Shown: positions 1 to 13,420 of the stretch, one piece after another
How positions within the stretch are numbered: the first letter of the stretch is position 1
Layout: the number at the start of each line of letters is the position of its first letter
Assembly (NCBI GenBank): GCA_009602725.1
Contig: WELB01000006.1
Location: forward strand, 916,632-980,631
DNA length: 64,000 nt
Source: Spirogloea muscicola
Lineage: Eukaryota
Reading direction: 5' to 3'
Position numbers and translations under genes: made by a program
The notes under the pieces: generated by a model
Told to the model about the DNA's origin: nothing
The model's database searches: none
What the model saw: only the letters and a program-made list of their open reading frames with translations

Positions 1-1917
1 TGCCGCCAGCCGCGGGCGACGGGCCCGCGGCCTTCGCCGCCGACGGCAGGGCCGCCGCTGGTTCGCCCCCCCCGCCGCGGGGCCACCGCTGCGATGACCG
101 CCTGGAGGACGTGATCCAGGTGCGGGCTGCCCGGCATCGCTGGACGAGCTGAAACGCTTGCTTTTGTCGAACGCTCTCGGACGCCGCGGGAAGCCATAAC
201 TTTCTGGTCCTCCGGCCTCCGAGGAGCGCGCTTCTGATGCTTCGTGGCCGCCGGCAGGCGCTCTTCGAGGGGAGCTGGGGGCAGCACCTGCCGGAGCCGT
301 GGCGCCTCTTCGTGGCATGCATGCGAGCGCGACCAGGGTACGTGCATGCTGCTCAGAATCAGGCCAAAGGAGCTGTTCCACTTATGCATGACGCCATTGG
401 ATCAGATCGTGCTTTGGCATGTGACGAAATCATATCCTTGTCCATTCTTGCTCTTCGGGTCCCTCCCGTGTTGCCTAGTGTCGCCTTTGGTCACAGGATA
501 ACGACGACTGGCCGTGCCGCTGAAGCCTCCTAGTCATCCTGTCACAGCAGGACGCTACCTGTATAGTGCAGCCTATGTGCCGGACTCTTAAGCGGCTCAC
601 TGAAGTAGCTCGTCTGGTTTGCATCATTTCAGGGACGAGCCAACCGAGCCTTTCAAGTATCTGCAAAAGGCGCCACCTGCAGTTGCTCAGCCAAACTCTG
701 GAATTTAGATCCTCAGTGCAGTTGGAAAACGCACATGAGAACGGCAGCTTGTGAGCTTGTATTGGAGGGACCTGCAGCAAGGCAGCAGTGCCCTTGCAGC
801 AAGCCCAGCAGCTGAGATGTGGGGCGTAGTACTGGAACTGGAGTATGATCATCATCTGCAGGGTTTGGCGGCTTCCACTTGCTTGCTGGAGGTCTCCCGT
901 CCTCTGTAGGAGGCTGATACCTACATGGCCACAAGCAGTGCGTTGTTGGTATCAACGTGCAGCAAACGGCTGCTATGAGTACCTTGGCTCACTGTTTCCT
1001 TCCTTGAAGATGGACGATGGTAGTTGTCTTGCAAGGGCTGGACCTTCTTCTTCATTTCTCGTTGCTACCAAGTTCGCCAGCACTCCGCATGTGTGGTCAC
1101 GTTTCAAAGACAGGAGATGTGGTTTAGCCACGTCTATTGCACATCATGCAGCTTGGTCAATTGTGAGGGAATCCTCGTTTCCGATTTCTCTGAACATGCA
1201 CTGTTGGCCGCATGAATGGAGACACTTCAGCTCACTGCCAACTGCTGTTCTTCACCGTCTCAATGGTGTGGACAGCACTTGCATCATAAGTTCCTTGCAT
1301 TGAAGAACGCCCTTAGCTGCCAGCTTGGTTGCAATGACAATCCGGTGAAGCTTGTTGGAGCTATAGGAGCAGTTACTGTGCTGCATCTTCTACATATCTG
1401 TGGCGTGGCTCTGGCTTTTGCTGCCTTTACTCACCTTTACATGATCATCATCCCTGCTAGATAGGAGAACTTGAACATTGACATTTGACACCTTTATGCC
1501 CGGGCTTCGTGGCAGGCATATGCCAGGACGGAGCCATGGCCACAAGGGAGCATTGTCTCTCTGTGCCAGACAACCCAGAGTTTGGCTCCGGGGATGAGCT
1601 TATCCCGCTGGTCAGTCTAGATGTCAGATTTGATGGCATTGACAGCATTTCCAGAGAACCTATGCATAACTTACTCTGCTCAATTGCTAGCTAGGTAGTT
1701 TCAGTACAGCAATATACCTATACAGGGATACAGTCTTAGCTTCATATCTGGACAGTGCACAGCATAAATCGAGATACTGCATGATCATTGTAGCTAGGAC
1801 ATTGCATAGCTGCATAGCAAGAAGATCTGGCGCGTCTAAGAAAGCTAAGCAGGAAGTATGATGACAGTCCGCACTCACATTGCAAAGGGGCTCTGCATTT
1901 TCTGCCATCATGTCAAG

Positions 1918-4900
1918 CTTGAAGTCAGTGAGGAAAGACTCATGCAAGCAATCCTGTACGAGGCTCAGGAGGGTTTCACCAACGTACAGGGCCGCTATGT
2001 GCGGTAGGTTCTTGTTTTGAAGGATATCATAGCTTCCTGCTTGTCCTGCCTCGCATGCGTGTGTGTCCTGCAAGGTGCATGCCTTTGTCTGCAGTACCTT
2101 GCCCAACATGTCTCTTACTGCTGTATGGCAGGTTCAGTGATTTCTTGCATGAACAGTTGAAATCAAGGGATTGGCAAACGCAATCGTTAGGTATTCTGGA
2201 GGTGGCAAGACGGAGAGCTGCTTGTTACGCAGCTCTTGTGCCGGCAGACAGGAGTGCTCTCCTGAATTTGGTGAGGTTCTCGAGTCCTTGTGTTGCAGTG
2301 ACTTATTGTCCTGCATGATCTGTTGTCTCTTTCTCGCACTCTTACACTCCTACGTCCACTGATGTGGCTGGTGCCTTGTGACTGTGGTCTCAGAAACCTG
2401 AACGCACTTTGCTTTTCCAGGATACTGATCGCTTCTTATTGTCCTCCTGATCAAACCAGATAGTCACAGACATCCTTCACTTCAAAAGTCTCAAGGAAGC
2501 TCAGGAGCACTATGCTGCTGCGGTAGCAGCTGAGGATTCTAATAACACTGGCGATGGTAAACAGAGGCAGATTGTGAGTAGCTCGGAGCTACCAGCTGCT
2601 CAGTTGAATGGTCCGCATAAAGGTACTGGAGAGGAAGCAAGAATCAGTATGACAAGTGTGCATGCTGAAGCTGGCGCCATGACTGCTATTGGAGCGTTAC
2701 GAAAGAATGTGACAGCTCGACTACGTGAGAAGGAAACTGTTGCAAACCATAATGTTCGAAGCCTACCAGGCATCAATGCGGAGGCAGTTGCTGTAAATGA
2801 TGGAACAGACCCCAGGCCCCCGAGCGATCTAGGGAGGGATGATGCAGACGTGTACCTGTCTGATCCAACTGTCAAAAAGTCACAGCTGCTATCACTTCTA
2901 GCAGATTGTCACCCGGCAATACAGTATGGAGCAAGCGAGAGGATAGACCTACCTGGTCATGACGTCCTGGCCAGCACATTGCCAAGCGATGGCTTTGAGC
3001 ATGTGGCACTCTTGGCAAAAGAGACAAGAAAAGGCGTGAAGCAAATAGCTGATAGCAGACCAGCAGAGATTGCTGTAAGTGGCGCGGAAAGGAGGGGGCA
3101 AGATGGGCTCGACAAGGCACATAATCGTGACATTGTTATGGACTACAAATCAGCCAAGGGAGGTCAACATGCTACATCAAAGGATGAGCCCCTCAAGCTT
3201 ACTTCACAACTTGGTGTTGTGACCAACTTGGACATGAGCTTGTCAGCTATTTCAGGGTTGACAAAAGTACAGCTTCAGCAATTGCATCGTGAGAAGTTCT
3301 TCACAGTAAGTTACTCTCTGCTGCTTATGATCAAAAGACCACGTCAGGCTCAGATTCCTTGGAATGACTGCTTGCCGGCATCAGGTGCAATTCTCATGCA
3401 CAAGATTGGCATTGCAGGTTCGCCAACTCTTGCAGCACTACCCACGCACTTATGTGGACTACCAAAAGTCTGCAGGGCAAATACAGGAGGGCCAGCATGT
3501 TGTTCTTGAGGGGACTATTATCTCATCCAGGCCAGTTGTTCATCTTTGTCATCTCTATTGTGTTACAGTTAGTAAGTTACTGCCAAGATGTGCCTCAATC
3601 CAGAGTTTGGCGTCACAGTCGCTCAGTTTTTCCAGCATGTGTTGGTCATCTATGCGCCGAAGATCTAGACCCTGTGTTGTTCGGTCTTGATAGTCATGGA
3701 CGTGAAAGCCTTCTGCCAAAGATGGGGTCATCTGTCCACAATCCATTGCACCACTCATTCCTGGTCATCCATGCCCCGAAGATCTAGACCCTATGTTGTC
3801 CGGTCTTGTTAGTCATGGACATGAAAGCCTTCTGACAAAGGTGGGGTCATCTGTCCACAATCCATTGCACCACTCATTCCTGGTCATCCTTTTCATTTCA
3901 GGGGTCGATCCTTGAAGGCTGGGTTCAATGTGATTGACATTGTAATGAAACTCAACAATGACGAGGTTGAAGAAGTGGCTGCTGGGGACATATTGTATCG
4001 CACCTCTAATAGTGAAGCGGCAGAAAGATCATCAGATGAGCCTGCGCCAGGGCATGAGCCTGTTTATGACCCTTCAGAGGTGCAGCATACGCCTGCTGCT
4101 CAATCGGAACCTGCCTTCATCCATCTCAAACGATTCTTGAGAGGGAGGAAGTTCTCGTCGGCAGGCTGTCTTAATAAGATAGCAGCCCAGTACCCTGTGG
4201 GAAGTGGGGCTTCAGTAACTGGGAAGGTATGCATACGTGTTCCCTCTTTTCTTTGTCCATCTTACTGTAAACTGCCGACCAAGCTCGTGCAAGAGGTGTG
4301 CAGCCTTGTTATTTTGAACTTCATATCAGTATTTTCTGCGTCGCATAAAAGAGAAATCCGCGAATGTAAAACATGTCATAGTGGTAAATTTGTGAAATGA
4401 GTACTGATTGAGAAGCTATGCTCCAGGTGAAGGCTCTGGAGAAGAAGAACCACTTTGCAATCCAAGACTACACACTGACGCTCATGGATGGCAGTCACAG
4501 GACATCATTGCATGGTGATCAAGATCATCTTCTTCACAAGATACCCAGGCCATCACCAGTGTACCCTGCCAAGGGAATGTTGCAGCCCAAAGTGCTTGGC
4601 AACTTCATTGCAAGGTGCTTTTCCTTTTGAACACCAGTTGTAGCAGTGATGCTCTACATCTGACTGCCACCTGAAAGGGAGGGTGGTATATTTACCTGAT
4701 TAAGCAGTCTTATGCTTGAATATATCATCCGACTGCCTGATACGCAGGTGTACTGTATCTCTGGTGCATTACATCCAAACCTGTGAGGCAGATATGCAGG
4801 GAGAGTAAAATAGAATTGAGCATTAGGACAAGCAGGGGAGGGAAGTCAATACTGTCAATAACGAATTGCTCACATGTTGTGTGCTTTTGCCCTACTCAAT

Positions 4901-7900
4901 TAGGTTTCTAAGACTGCTGCCGGAGTCCATTGATCCTCTGCCGCTGGACCTCTGTGAGACATACGATCTCATGGGATTGCAGCAGGTCAGATTGTGTGTA
5001 GCTACTTGTTGCCATGGTACAACGAGCTTGGAGCCCGTTGCAACAAGAACTGAAGATCTGCAGCCTTCAGAAGCAACACTCTTAGCTAACAGTACCACCT
5101 CGGATTGACTGGTCCTGAATTGGACATGGACTTACGTGCTCTCACTTTACTCACTACCCCGTATGCAGGCATATCATGCTATCCATGCACCACAATGTGC
5201 AGCTGATGCAGTGAAAGCACGTTCACGTCTTGTCTTTGACGAATTCTTCTATCATCAGGTATGAGACCTGACTGTTGCTCAACATTATCCAGCTATGGTG
5301 GTATCTTACAGACAGTATGTTACGTATACAAGCTACTGCGAATCTGAGAACAAGCATAACCCGAGGGTGAATTTAAAGGTGCACTGCGATGAAGAATGCA
5401 CTGGAATCTGCTATTGCTGATCGAGCAGTCTTTAAGAATCTGTGAAGACAATCAGCATATGGGGGGAAAGAGAGACCTTTTTCTTAATAGGATAAACACT
5501 GCATATTGGCGCATGCTTACTGTCCACTTGCGTTTGCTGAGCGGGAAAAAGCTAGCGTTGCTCGTTGGTCGACAACGGACTGAGGATGCCTATGCGTCAA
5601 CAAAGGGACTGGATGCAACTATTGGAGCTATGAAGGGCAGGCTGCCAGAAGAAGGGTGGTCGGGGCTTCCATTAAAGCTCCTTGATGAGCTGCCCTTCCA
5701 CTTGACAGCATCGCAAATGATTGCAGCGGAGGAGATACTGTGGGACCTAAGGAGGCCTATGCCAATGAGCAGATTGTTGCAAGTGCGTACACGTGACTGG
5801 CCACTAGCTTGTGCTGGGTTTGCTTCATAGTCACCTGTGCGGACATGTGTAGAAGGAAGGTTCCATGTCTTATGCTTGCTTCTCCAAGTTGTTTCTTTTG
5901 AATACGACTTTGAATAATTGCATGCCTCATGTTGACATCTTCTATGCAGGGCGATGTTGGTTGTGGGAAGACAATAATTGCAATGCTGGCACTTTTGGAG
6001 ATAGTCTCATTGGGCTATCAGGTCACTTCTGCTGGTGCTGCAATAGCATTGTCACGTGGAGTACTTTGACTAGATCTTGCTTCTGCGTGTGCATTGCGTA
6101 CAACACTGACATCAACACATAGTCCTCCTGTCTCTACCCTGTCAATGAGAGAGTGTCGTTGATAACAAATTTCGACTTTCTTATCAACACCGGCTCACGA
6201 ATTTGTATGTCTTGCGTGTCATACAAGGCAAGCTGACTTGTCCTCACTGTTGCAGGGTGCCATGATGGCTCCCACCGAGTTCCTAGCTCAGCAGCACCAT
6301 GCTCGATTCTCACATTGGCTTCAGCTTATTGATGAACAAGCAAGGCCCTCACTGGCGCTTCTCACAGGGTCAACAGCTGTCAAAAAGGCTAGGGCAATCC
6401 GCGAGGTATGTTTGCTTTTACTGCAGGTTGTTTTCTTTACCTGAAGGGCTACTTCACACATGCTCATTGCCCTGAAAGACTAACTAACTTTGTCCCTCAA
6501 CAGAAGTTTTTGCAAATTTGTACCGGCTGATGTTTATGATGAGCATGTGTCTTGACAGGCTGTAGGACATGGAGAGGTGAAGGTGATAATAGGCACACAC
6601 AGCCTTCTCTCAGAAGGAGTGCATTTTGCGAAACTGGGCCTTGCTGTCATTGATGAACAACACAGATTTGGGGTCCAGCAGCGAGCGCTCCTGCACAGCA
6701 AAGTATGCAACATCCTTCAGAGGATGTTGCATCCGGCGTCGTATACTCTTGTCGTTGTAGTCCACAGTAGGCCATTCCTTGACGGTAGCATCTGACCATT
6801 CTGACTTGTAATAGCGACATTTGTCCTTTTGACACTTGATAGCAACAAATGGGGCTAGAGGTCAGGTACTAGGTCAGGTATAGCTTTCCTTTATCGGCTT
6901 ACACTGCAAAAGAGCAGCCACAGTGTGTATGTTTCGTGCAGCTCACTTACTTTTGCAGGCGGCATGCTACCAGGGCAGCTGCTTGCCTCAAACTTCAGAT
7001 GAGGTTGCCGCTCCTGGAGCTCTGCTCCACAATCCTCATGTCCTTGCCATGTCAGCCACACCAATTCCTAGGACACTTGCACTGGCTCTTCATGGAGATA
7101 TGGCCATCAGCCAGGTTAGTGAATCTGGCTGGCTAATTGATGAGTATGCGTGGGCACTTTGAGCAGTTGCTTCCCATCCTCAGAGTACCATAACATGTCA
7201 AGATGACTTGACCACACTGCTGCTGAGTGATTGGTACATATCAACTTGTCGTATGTGGAAGAAGTTTTGATACTGTGTGCACTTCGTTAGAGCCCCATAG
7301 TTGTTGTGCCTTATACAGCAATATCATTGGACTACTTGTCAACAGATATCTGAGCTGCCGCCAGGCAGACCACCTATCACCACACGTGCATTGCTGGATA
7401 CTGCTCGTGGGCGACTGGGGGCATACCAGGTTGGAATCATCAATGCTATCCGTTTAACGAAGACAGATGTTTTGCACCGTCTTCTTCTATGGATCTGTTG
7501 TCAAGACCGGCAAGCACAGCACTTTGTGGATGAGCCGTCTGCTCTCTACAGTAATCATATGTCTTACATGGGTTGCGGTCAGCCTGGGGCATGTTTCTGG
7601 TTGACTCTGCTGGTCCTCATTAATTGGGCTTGCTTGTGCAGATATTGCGCAAGGAGGTACTCTCTGGAGGTCGTGCTTTTGTGGTCTTTCCCATGATCAA
7701 CGAGTCTCTGGAGTTTCCAGAAGTACGGGCAGCTAGAGCTGAATTTGAGAATCTCAATGTTGATCAGAACTTCCTTGGGGGTCTGAGGTGCCAACTTGTT
7801 CATGGGCAAATGCTTCCCTCTGAGAAGGCTTTAGCTATGGCCAACTTCAAAGAAGGCAAAATTCAGGTCAGAAGCTTCACATAGATCGCTGGTACATGAT

Positions 7901-8939
7901 GAATCACTTCGCTCAAGTCACTGTACTATATGGATAAACAATCTCAGAAGCAGCAGCTTATCGCCTCCGTGACAATCACATTTCTGGCTTGCAGGTACTT
8001 CTTGCAACCACAGTCATAGAAGTGGGCATTGACGTGCCTGAGGCAACAGTCATGTTAGTAGAACACGCGGAACGATATGGATTGGCCCAGTTGCATCAGC
8101 TTCGTGGTCGAGTTGGAAGAGGAGCCAGAAAGTCAATGTGTCTCCTTCTTGGTTCGACCAGCTCTTCTATGACCCGACTCCACCTTCTTGAGCAGTCTCA
8201 GGTGAAGCAATGAGCCGTAGGAAATTCTTTGTGATTACTCTTAGGCTTGGTTCACCATGAAAATGTAAGATGCTGCCGCGATCAGCAACAACTTCACTGC
8301 TTCCACGCGGTGGATGTCAAAGATTGGGCCATAATCAGTGTGAGGAGATTGATCTGATTAAGACCTGCAGGAAAGCTATGCAGCATCTGGCAAATATAGT
8401 GGCAACTCAATGAGTTCCACTGTTTTGTCATGGCAAACTTACTATCAGGATGGCTTCTTCCTTGCTGAGATGGACTTGCGAATGAGGGGTCCTGGGGATG
8501 TTCTTGGGAAGAGGCAGTCTGGGCACTTGCCTGAATTTTCTCTTGCGAGGTTGGATGAGGATGGCGACATCTTGATCAAGGCCAGGCGGGCTGCTGAGGT
8601 AATGATATTCGGTCCCTGGTCCTTGCATGGGTCAGCTCACATACTTAGTCTACGGGTTTGTTTACGGGATGAGAATCACTTGTCCTTTGCGAAGGAGAGG
8701 AGAGCGCTACCCAATAATACAGTCTAAAAGGCTCTGAAGACCACCAGCCAAGTCTCATGTTTATCTGACTGGACACCACTTCTGACCTATCTGGAGTGGC
8801 GCATCTTCATCAATTTTCTGATGATTTTGAGACTTGTATCTCTCAGGATATAGCCAAGGCCCATAGAGGACTTCATGGCTTACCTTTGCTGCAGGAGGAG
8901 CTAAGAGTGCGACATTCTCCTATCGCTTTTGGGCAGTAG
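1918..8939 (+). CDS. RECG: Plant-type (organellar) ATP-dependent DNA helicase RecG, multi-exon; 5' exons probably extend further upstream
   Basis: Spliced exons give SF2/RecG motifs: [106 protein letters not shown]. Approximate exons: 1918-2003, 2132-2270, 2421-3306, 3418-3530, 3902-4226, 4447-4614, 4904-4985, 5169-5258, 5552-5782, 5950-6021, 6256-6405, 6559-6701, 6959-7114, 7348-7429, 7642-7866, 7995-8201, 8449-8598, 8848-8939 (TAG). Start codon not resolved. Confidence 0.93.
3645..3889. repeat. ~119-bp direct tandem duplication inside a RecG intron
   Basis: GAAGATCTAGACCCT...CATTCCTGGTCATCC occurs twice in tandem, 119 nt apart, with a few substitutions. Confidence 0.9.
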
Positions 8940-10224
8940 ATGCAGGTGAGATCACATTGATTGGTGCAAGTGTGAAGTAGGCCCTTCCTATTTAATCTGC
9001 TTGTAGTACGAGTATAGGTCTGCTTTCTTGCTAAGATCTGCACAACTATTTGTAATCTGAGTTGGATCATGCATGGCAGTGAAGACATAGCTGTGGCAGG
9101 AGCATGCTCGGATTCAACATGAATGCTGCAGATTTTCTGGCCGTAGATACAGGTAATCAGGGTCTGGGGACCAAGAGGCTGACTCTTATCTGAGCAAAAT
9201 GAATTGATATGAAGGGTCAGGAACTTTCAGAGTCTGCCCTGGAAGCAATCAAATGAGATGCATCAGGTGTCATTTTGTGCTGCTTGACATACGTGGACAG
9301 GAAGCGTTTGCTGTTGCTGCTTGAAGCTCAGAGACATGTGTTATGGTGGAAGAGTTTTCAAAATTAATCTTACTGCTCCTTAGTAGCCCCTTGTTGCAGG
9401 AAGTATCACATAAAACCCACCTGTTCCACAGAGGCCCTGAAAGCTTAACAAACATTGTAATCGTCACCCTCTTTAGACTTCATCAATGTCAGAATAAGTG
9501 AAACTGCCGCCTTTCAGGCATGTGCGGTAGTCGCTGGGCAAGCGCAGGCAGCTTGCTGTAGTTGCACCTTACATGCCGTGGAGGTCCAGTGACCACCATT
9601 TTGCTGACCGGTGGTGTATCTTATGCCTGTTGGCTGTACGAGAACAGTCAGCCCTTTCACATTTCTACCTTTCGTGTCAGAATGCTTGGTCAGCTCATTG
9701 GCCAGCTCATCTGGAATAAAGGCCTTAGGTCATGAACTCTATGACAACCCATTTTTGACATCGTGTATTGATGGACATTGTTTCCTCAGAGGAGAAAAGA
9801 TGTTCTTCTCGAGAATTGAATACCTGAATGATGTACTTGTACATTGGCAAATTAAGCGCAGTGTACAGCTGGGGCTACGACAACAAATGATGCATATTGG
9901 TTGAAGTGCAGTGGTAAACTTGCCCAGATTGCCACCTTTCTGTAAGGCGCTGCATTGCACGCCACTGAAGCAGAGGTCTTCAGCAATTCCTCTTTACCAG
10001 CAGACACGGCAAGCTAGCATTGTACTTATCATTCTCTATTCTGCTGAAAGTATCTTGTCCTTCAGGCGAACTATCATGCCAGTCTGCCGTGCTTTCAGAC
10101 GGAAAGGCCCAGCAGTATACAGCAGGCCTCAGTGTAGGATTTGCCGCTGAGATAGGTTATCTTGACCAAGTTTGTGTAGTAAGCAACTGGGTCCCCTGAG
10201 AAGTCCGCAAGGGTGGCAGTCGGG

Positions 10225-10903
10225 TCAGAAAGCCCCGTCGCTGTTGCATCTGCACGGGACAGTGAGCCGGATGGCGCAGTTCCTGATGCATAAGCAGTAC
10301 GGGTAGTTGTTGTTCCAGTCCACCGAGGAGCAGAAGCAGTACGTGCCGGTGCCGCCCCCATATCCCTTCCCGCAGTCTGTGTAAGCTGGGCACGTCGAGG
10401 CGCCGCTGTATGGGCACGTTCCACCTGCACAGGCGCACATGCAAGAAACTGACATGTCAGGCAAGCTGTGCGCTCGCTCAACAACCAGCATTAGCGTCTG
10501 GAAGCTCGATGTCAGTAGACAGCAGCTGATCTCTGAAGGCTCCAGCTGGAATGTCTGGCGTGGGCAGCCCCAACGGCCGTCGGCGAGCCGAGCGGAGGCG
10601 ATGCAGGGCCGCTTGCAGTGCGTGTGAAGGTGCTCCAGGGCATGGCCACACGCCAGTCAGACGGACAGGGCACCATGGATCAACGACGACAATCCACTTA
10701 CCGAGCGACACCGAGTGATCTGTGGTGTTCCAGTTGGCGGGAAGATCTTTGAGAACCGCCTCCGCTTCCACTATGGGCGTTGCAGGAAGAACCGGAGCCG
10801 CGGCCTCGACCATGCTCGCGGCCCGGGCGGCAGCCACGCAGGAGCTCCAGGCCAGGAGCAGCAGGGCGGCAAGGCAGGCAGCCATGGCGCCGGGCGTGGC
10901 CAT
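10225..10903 (-). CDS. Small secreted cysteine-rich protein (133 aa; signal peptide, acidic pro-like segment, 10-Cys domain)
   Basis: Exon 1 10903-10702 (ATG; hydrophobic signal LAALLLLAWSSCVAA; GTAAG donor) and exon 2 10424-10225 (GTGCAG acceptor; GTCPYSG...CRCNSDGAF*) join in phase to give 402 nt. Confidence 0.75.
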
Positions 10904-11522
10904 CGGAGGCCGGGCCTTGGGCGGCGCTGCGGCGGGCGCGGCGGGCACGGCGGGAGGGGAGGAGGGGAGTAAGGGCCCTCAGCTGCGAGGCTTGAGCTAC
11001 CAGCGAGGGAACTCGATCGGCCCGGGGCCGGGGGCAGAAAGCAGCTCCGCCCGGGTGCTCCTTGCCCTTCCAGCCGCCGATCACATGGGCGGCGAAACGG
11101 CGCGGCGGTTGGGGGCTGAGCAGCAGCTCCCGAGAGAGGAACTGCAGCCGCGGGGTGCCGGGGAGCCAGCTGAAGTGGGCTCTTCCGATAGGGGGCGGGG
11201 GCTACGGATGGCCAGCCCAGAGACACTCATGGAAGCCCAGAGGGCCTGAAGAAGCGTAGAATTCACACAGCTAGGTGAGAGACTACAGCTGGGCGGCGCT
11301 CGAGCTCGAGCTCGAGCTCCGCGGCCGCCATGGCGGAAGGTGGGGATCTCCCCGGAGCCGGGCTGGGCTCCCCGCGCCGATCGGCCGACCAACCCCGGAC
11401 TCGGCGTGCCGCTGGGCGGGGCGGGGGCGCGCAGTCACGGCGTCGCGGGGCCCTCGGTGGGGCGCCACGTGTACACCGCCGGCCCGCCTCCCGGGAGGCC
11501 AAGCGGCGGCCCCCCTGGGCCG

Positions 11523-12630
11523 AGAAGAGCGCGCCCATAGAAAAGAGGGGCTGGCAAAGCCAGCCCAAAAAAGAATGGACAATGTACAAAGCCAAAGCAA
11601 GAGGAGCCGGAGAAAGGACTACACTACAACATACTGCAGAACACAGAAACGATGCAGAGGAAAGCTCAGTACCCACGAGGGCTGGGCCCCGGCCCGCCAT
11701 AGCTGCGCTCGGGGCAATCAAGCGGCTCGGGTTGTGTGTTCCGTGCTTGTGTCTATGTCCTTTCGGCGCCTTTCATAGCTGTTGGCCAGGCTTGCACGGC
11801 GCGCTGTGTCCCGCAGGCGCGGTGAGCCGGCTGACTTCAACGCCGCTGGCTCATGGGCTCAGGTGTATCGTATGCGCTTGTCAGTCTCCCTCCAGCGGTC
11901 CATGGCCCACGCCTTGCATCTGCGTGCTGGCCGTGCTCTCGCTGCGGCCTCCGGCTTTCGTCAGGGGGATAGTTTACCGGCAGCTAGTCTGTCGGATGTG
12001 AGGCTCCTCACTCGTAACTGCTAAGTGGTCCATCCTCCCCCATTCTGCCATAGCCTCTTCAGGCCCCGCAGTCGCTGCTTAGCTCGTAGTTTGCCCCTTC
12101 GAACCTTGTCAATTCTTTTCGGGCTGGCTTCTCACAGCCCTTGCCCCCATTGGGAGAGCCACTTCTTCTTCTTTCATAGCCCTCGTCCGTCCACCTTCGG
12201 ACGTACTCAACATGCTTCGGGCTGGTTTTCCATAGTCCTCGCCCCCTTTGGAGAGCCGCTTTCCGAGGCGCGAGGGTTCTGCGGCCCGTATTTCACAGTA
12301 CGATTCTTGGCATCTATTTCGCACAAGCCTTTTGTGTCAGCCCCCGCATGCAGCTGGGCGCCCACCAGCCGGCAGCTCTCGCCGCGACGCGAGCGGCGCA
12401 GGCCCCGCCCGCACCGCACGCCGCCGCATGGCCATGGCGCGCCCAGGCTTGCCCGCCGCCGGCTGCTCCTGCGCATGGTCGACCACGCTTCCCAGCGCGC
12501 GCCTGCGGCCGGGGCCTTTGCCTTTGCTAGAGTAGTCCTCTTTCGGCTCCTCTTTCTTTGGCTCTGGACATTGTCCATTCTTGTTGGGCCGGCTTTGCCA
12601 ACCCCTATGGGCGAGCACTTCCTTTCTTCT
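11523..12630. mobile_element. Cluster of 5'-truncated CRE-like LINE 3' ends: - copy 11523-11626, + copy ~11730-12172 including the ORF C-terminus, + copy ~12530-12630
   Basis: ORF 11782-12024 (QVYRMRLSVSLQRSMAHALHLRAGR...SLSDVRLLTRNC*) aligns by eye with the end of the RLE ORF at 56392-57282 (FLQRRVSACLQRAQANALHQKAGR...SISDPYVLTRGY*). 11880-12170 is nearly identical to 29020-29305 and to the reverse complement of 36270-36570. Confidence 0.82.
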
Positions 12631-12927
12631 TTGCTGGGTGCCCGGCCGTCAATGCGGCGCGCTGCAGGCGACGTTGGTGGGGGCCAGCATTGCTTTCTCT
12701 GGCGGCGGCCCCGCCGGTGCCCGCGCTTGTGCCACCTGCTTGCGCCGCTCCACGCCGCCAAGGGCCAATGCTCGCTTGCTCGTCACTCGCACGCGACCCT
12801 GTGCGCTGCTCCGGTCGCGTTGCCTGCGAGGGCAATGCAGTTTCACCACTTGCTGAGGCTGAGCTTGGGAGCTCGGACTGCTCCCAGGCGGGGCGGCCAG
12901 GAGGTGGGCTGCGCCGTGAGGGCACTT

Positions 12928-13420
12928 GACTGACAGGTGGGAATGCAAAAATTTGTCCAGGTACTCCAGCTTCCGATCCAGCACCACATATTCAAACAAA
13001 GAGAAGCGCCGCCCCTGCACTGGATAGCACAGGCTGGAACGCTGATAACAGACTGACAGGTAGGAATGAGAGCTTTTTCCAGCGTAGTACTTCCGATCCA
13101 GCACACCACGTCTTTACACAGAGAAGCGGCCGCCCATGCACCGGATAGCGCAGCCTGACACGCTGATGACAGACTGACAGGTGGGATTGCAGACTTTTGT
13201 CCAGCGCCTCCAAGCATCCACTCCAGCACCACAAATTTACACAGAGAGAAGCACCGCTTCTGCACTGGATAGCACAGGCTTAACGCTGATAATAATTTGA
13301 CAAGTGGGACTGAGACTTATGTCCAGCGTAATCCAGCTTTCGATTTAGCACCACATACTTACGTTAAGAGAGGCGGCCACCCCTGCACCGGACAGCATAG
13401 GTTGAAACGCCAATGAGAGA
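12928..13420. repeat. Degenerate tandem repeat, 4 units of ~122 bp
   Basis: Units start with (GAC)TGACARGTRGGA at about 12928, 13051, 13172 and 13295; shared cores CCAGCACCAC, GAGAAGC..CC..TGCACYGGA, ACGCTGAT. Confidence 0.88.

Noticed and set aside
1..1700. Separate gene upstream of RecG
   Set aside because: Plausible donors and acceptors exist (for example exon ends near 119 and 1610), but I cannot build a supported model; these may be RecG 5' exons.
11523..12630. ~100-bp inverted repeats at 11523-11626 and 12530-12630 as TIRs of a MITE or DNA transposon
   Set aside because: The same sequence occurs unpaired elsewhere (about 30.1, 35.9, 53.5, 55.5 kb) as a LINE 3' end; two opposite-orientation insertions explain it, and I see no flanking duplication around the pair.
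12928..13420. CRISPR array
   Set aside because: Whole units are homologous with no unique spacers, the context is eukaryotic, and no cas genes are present.
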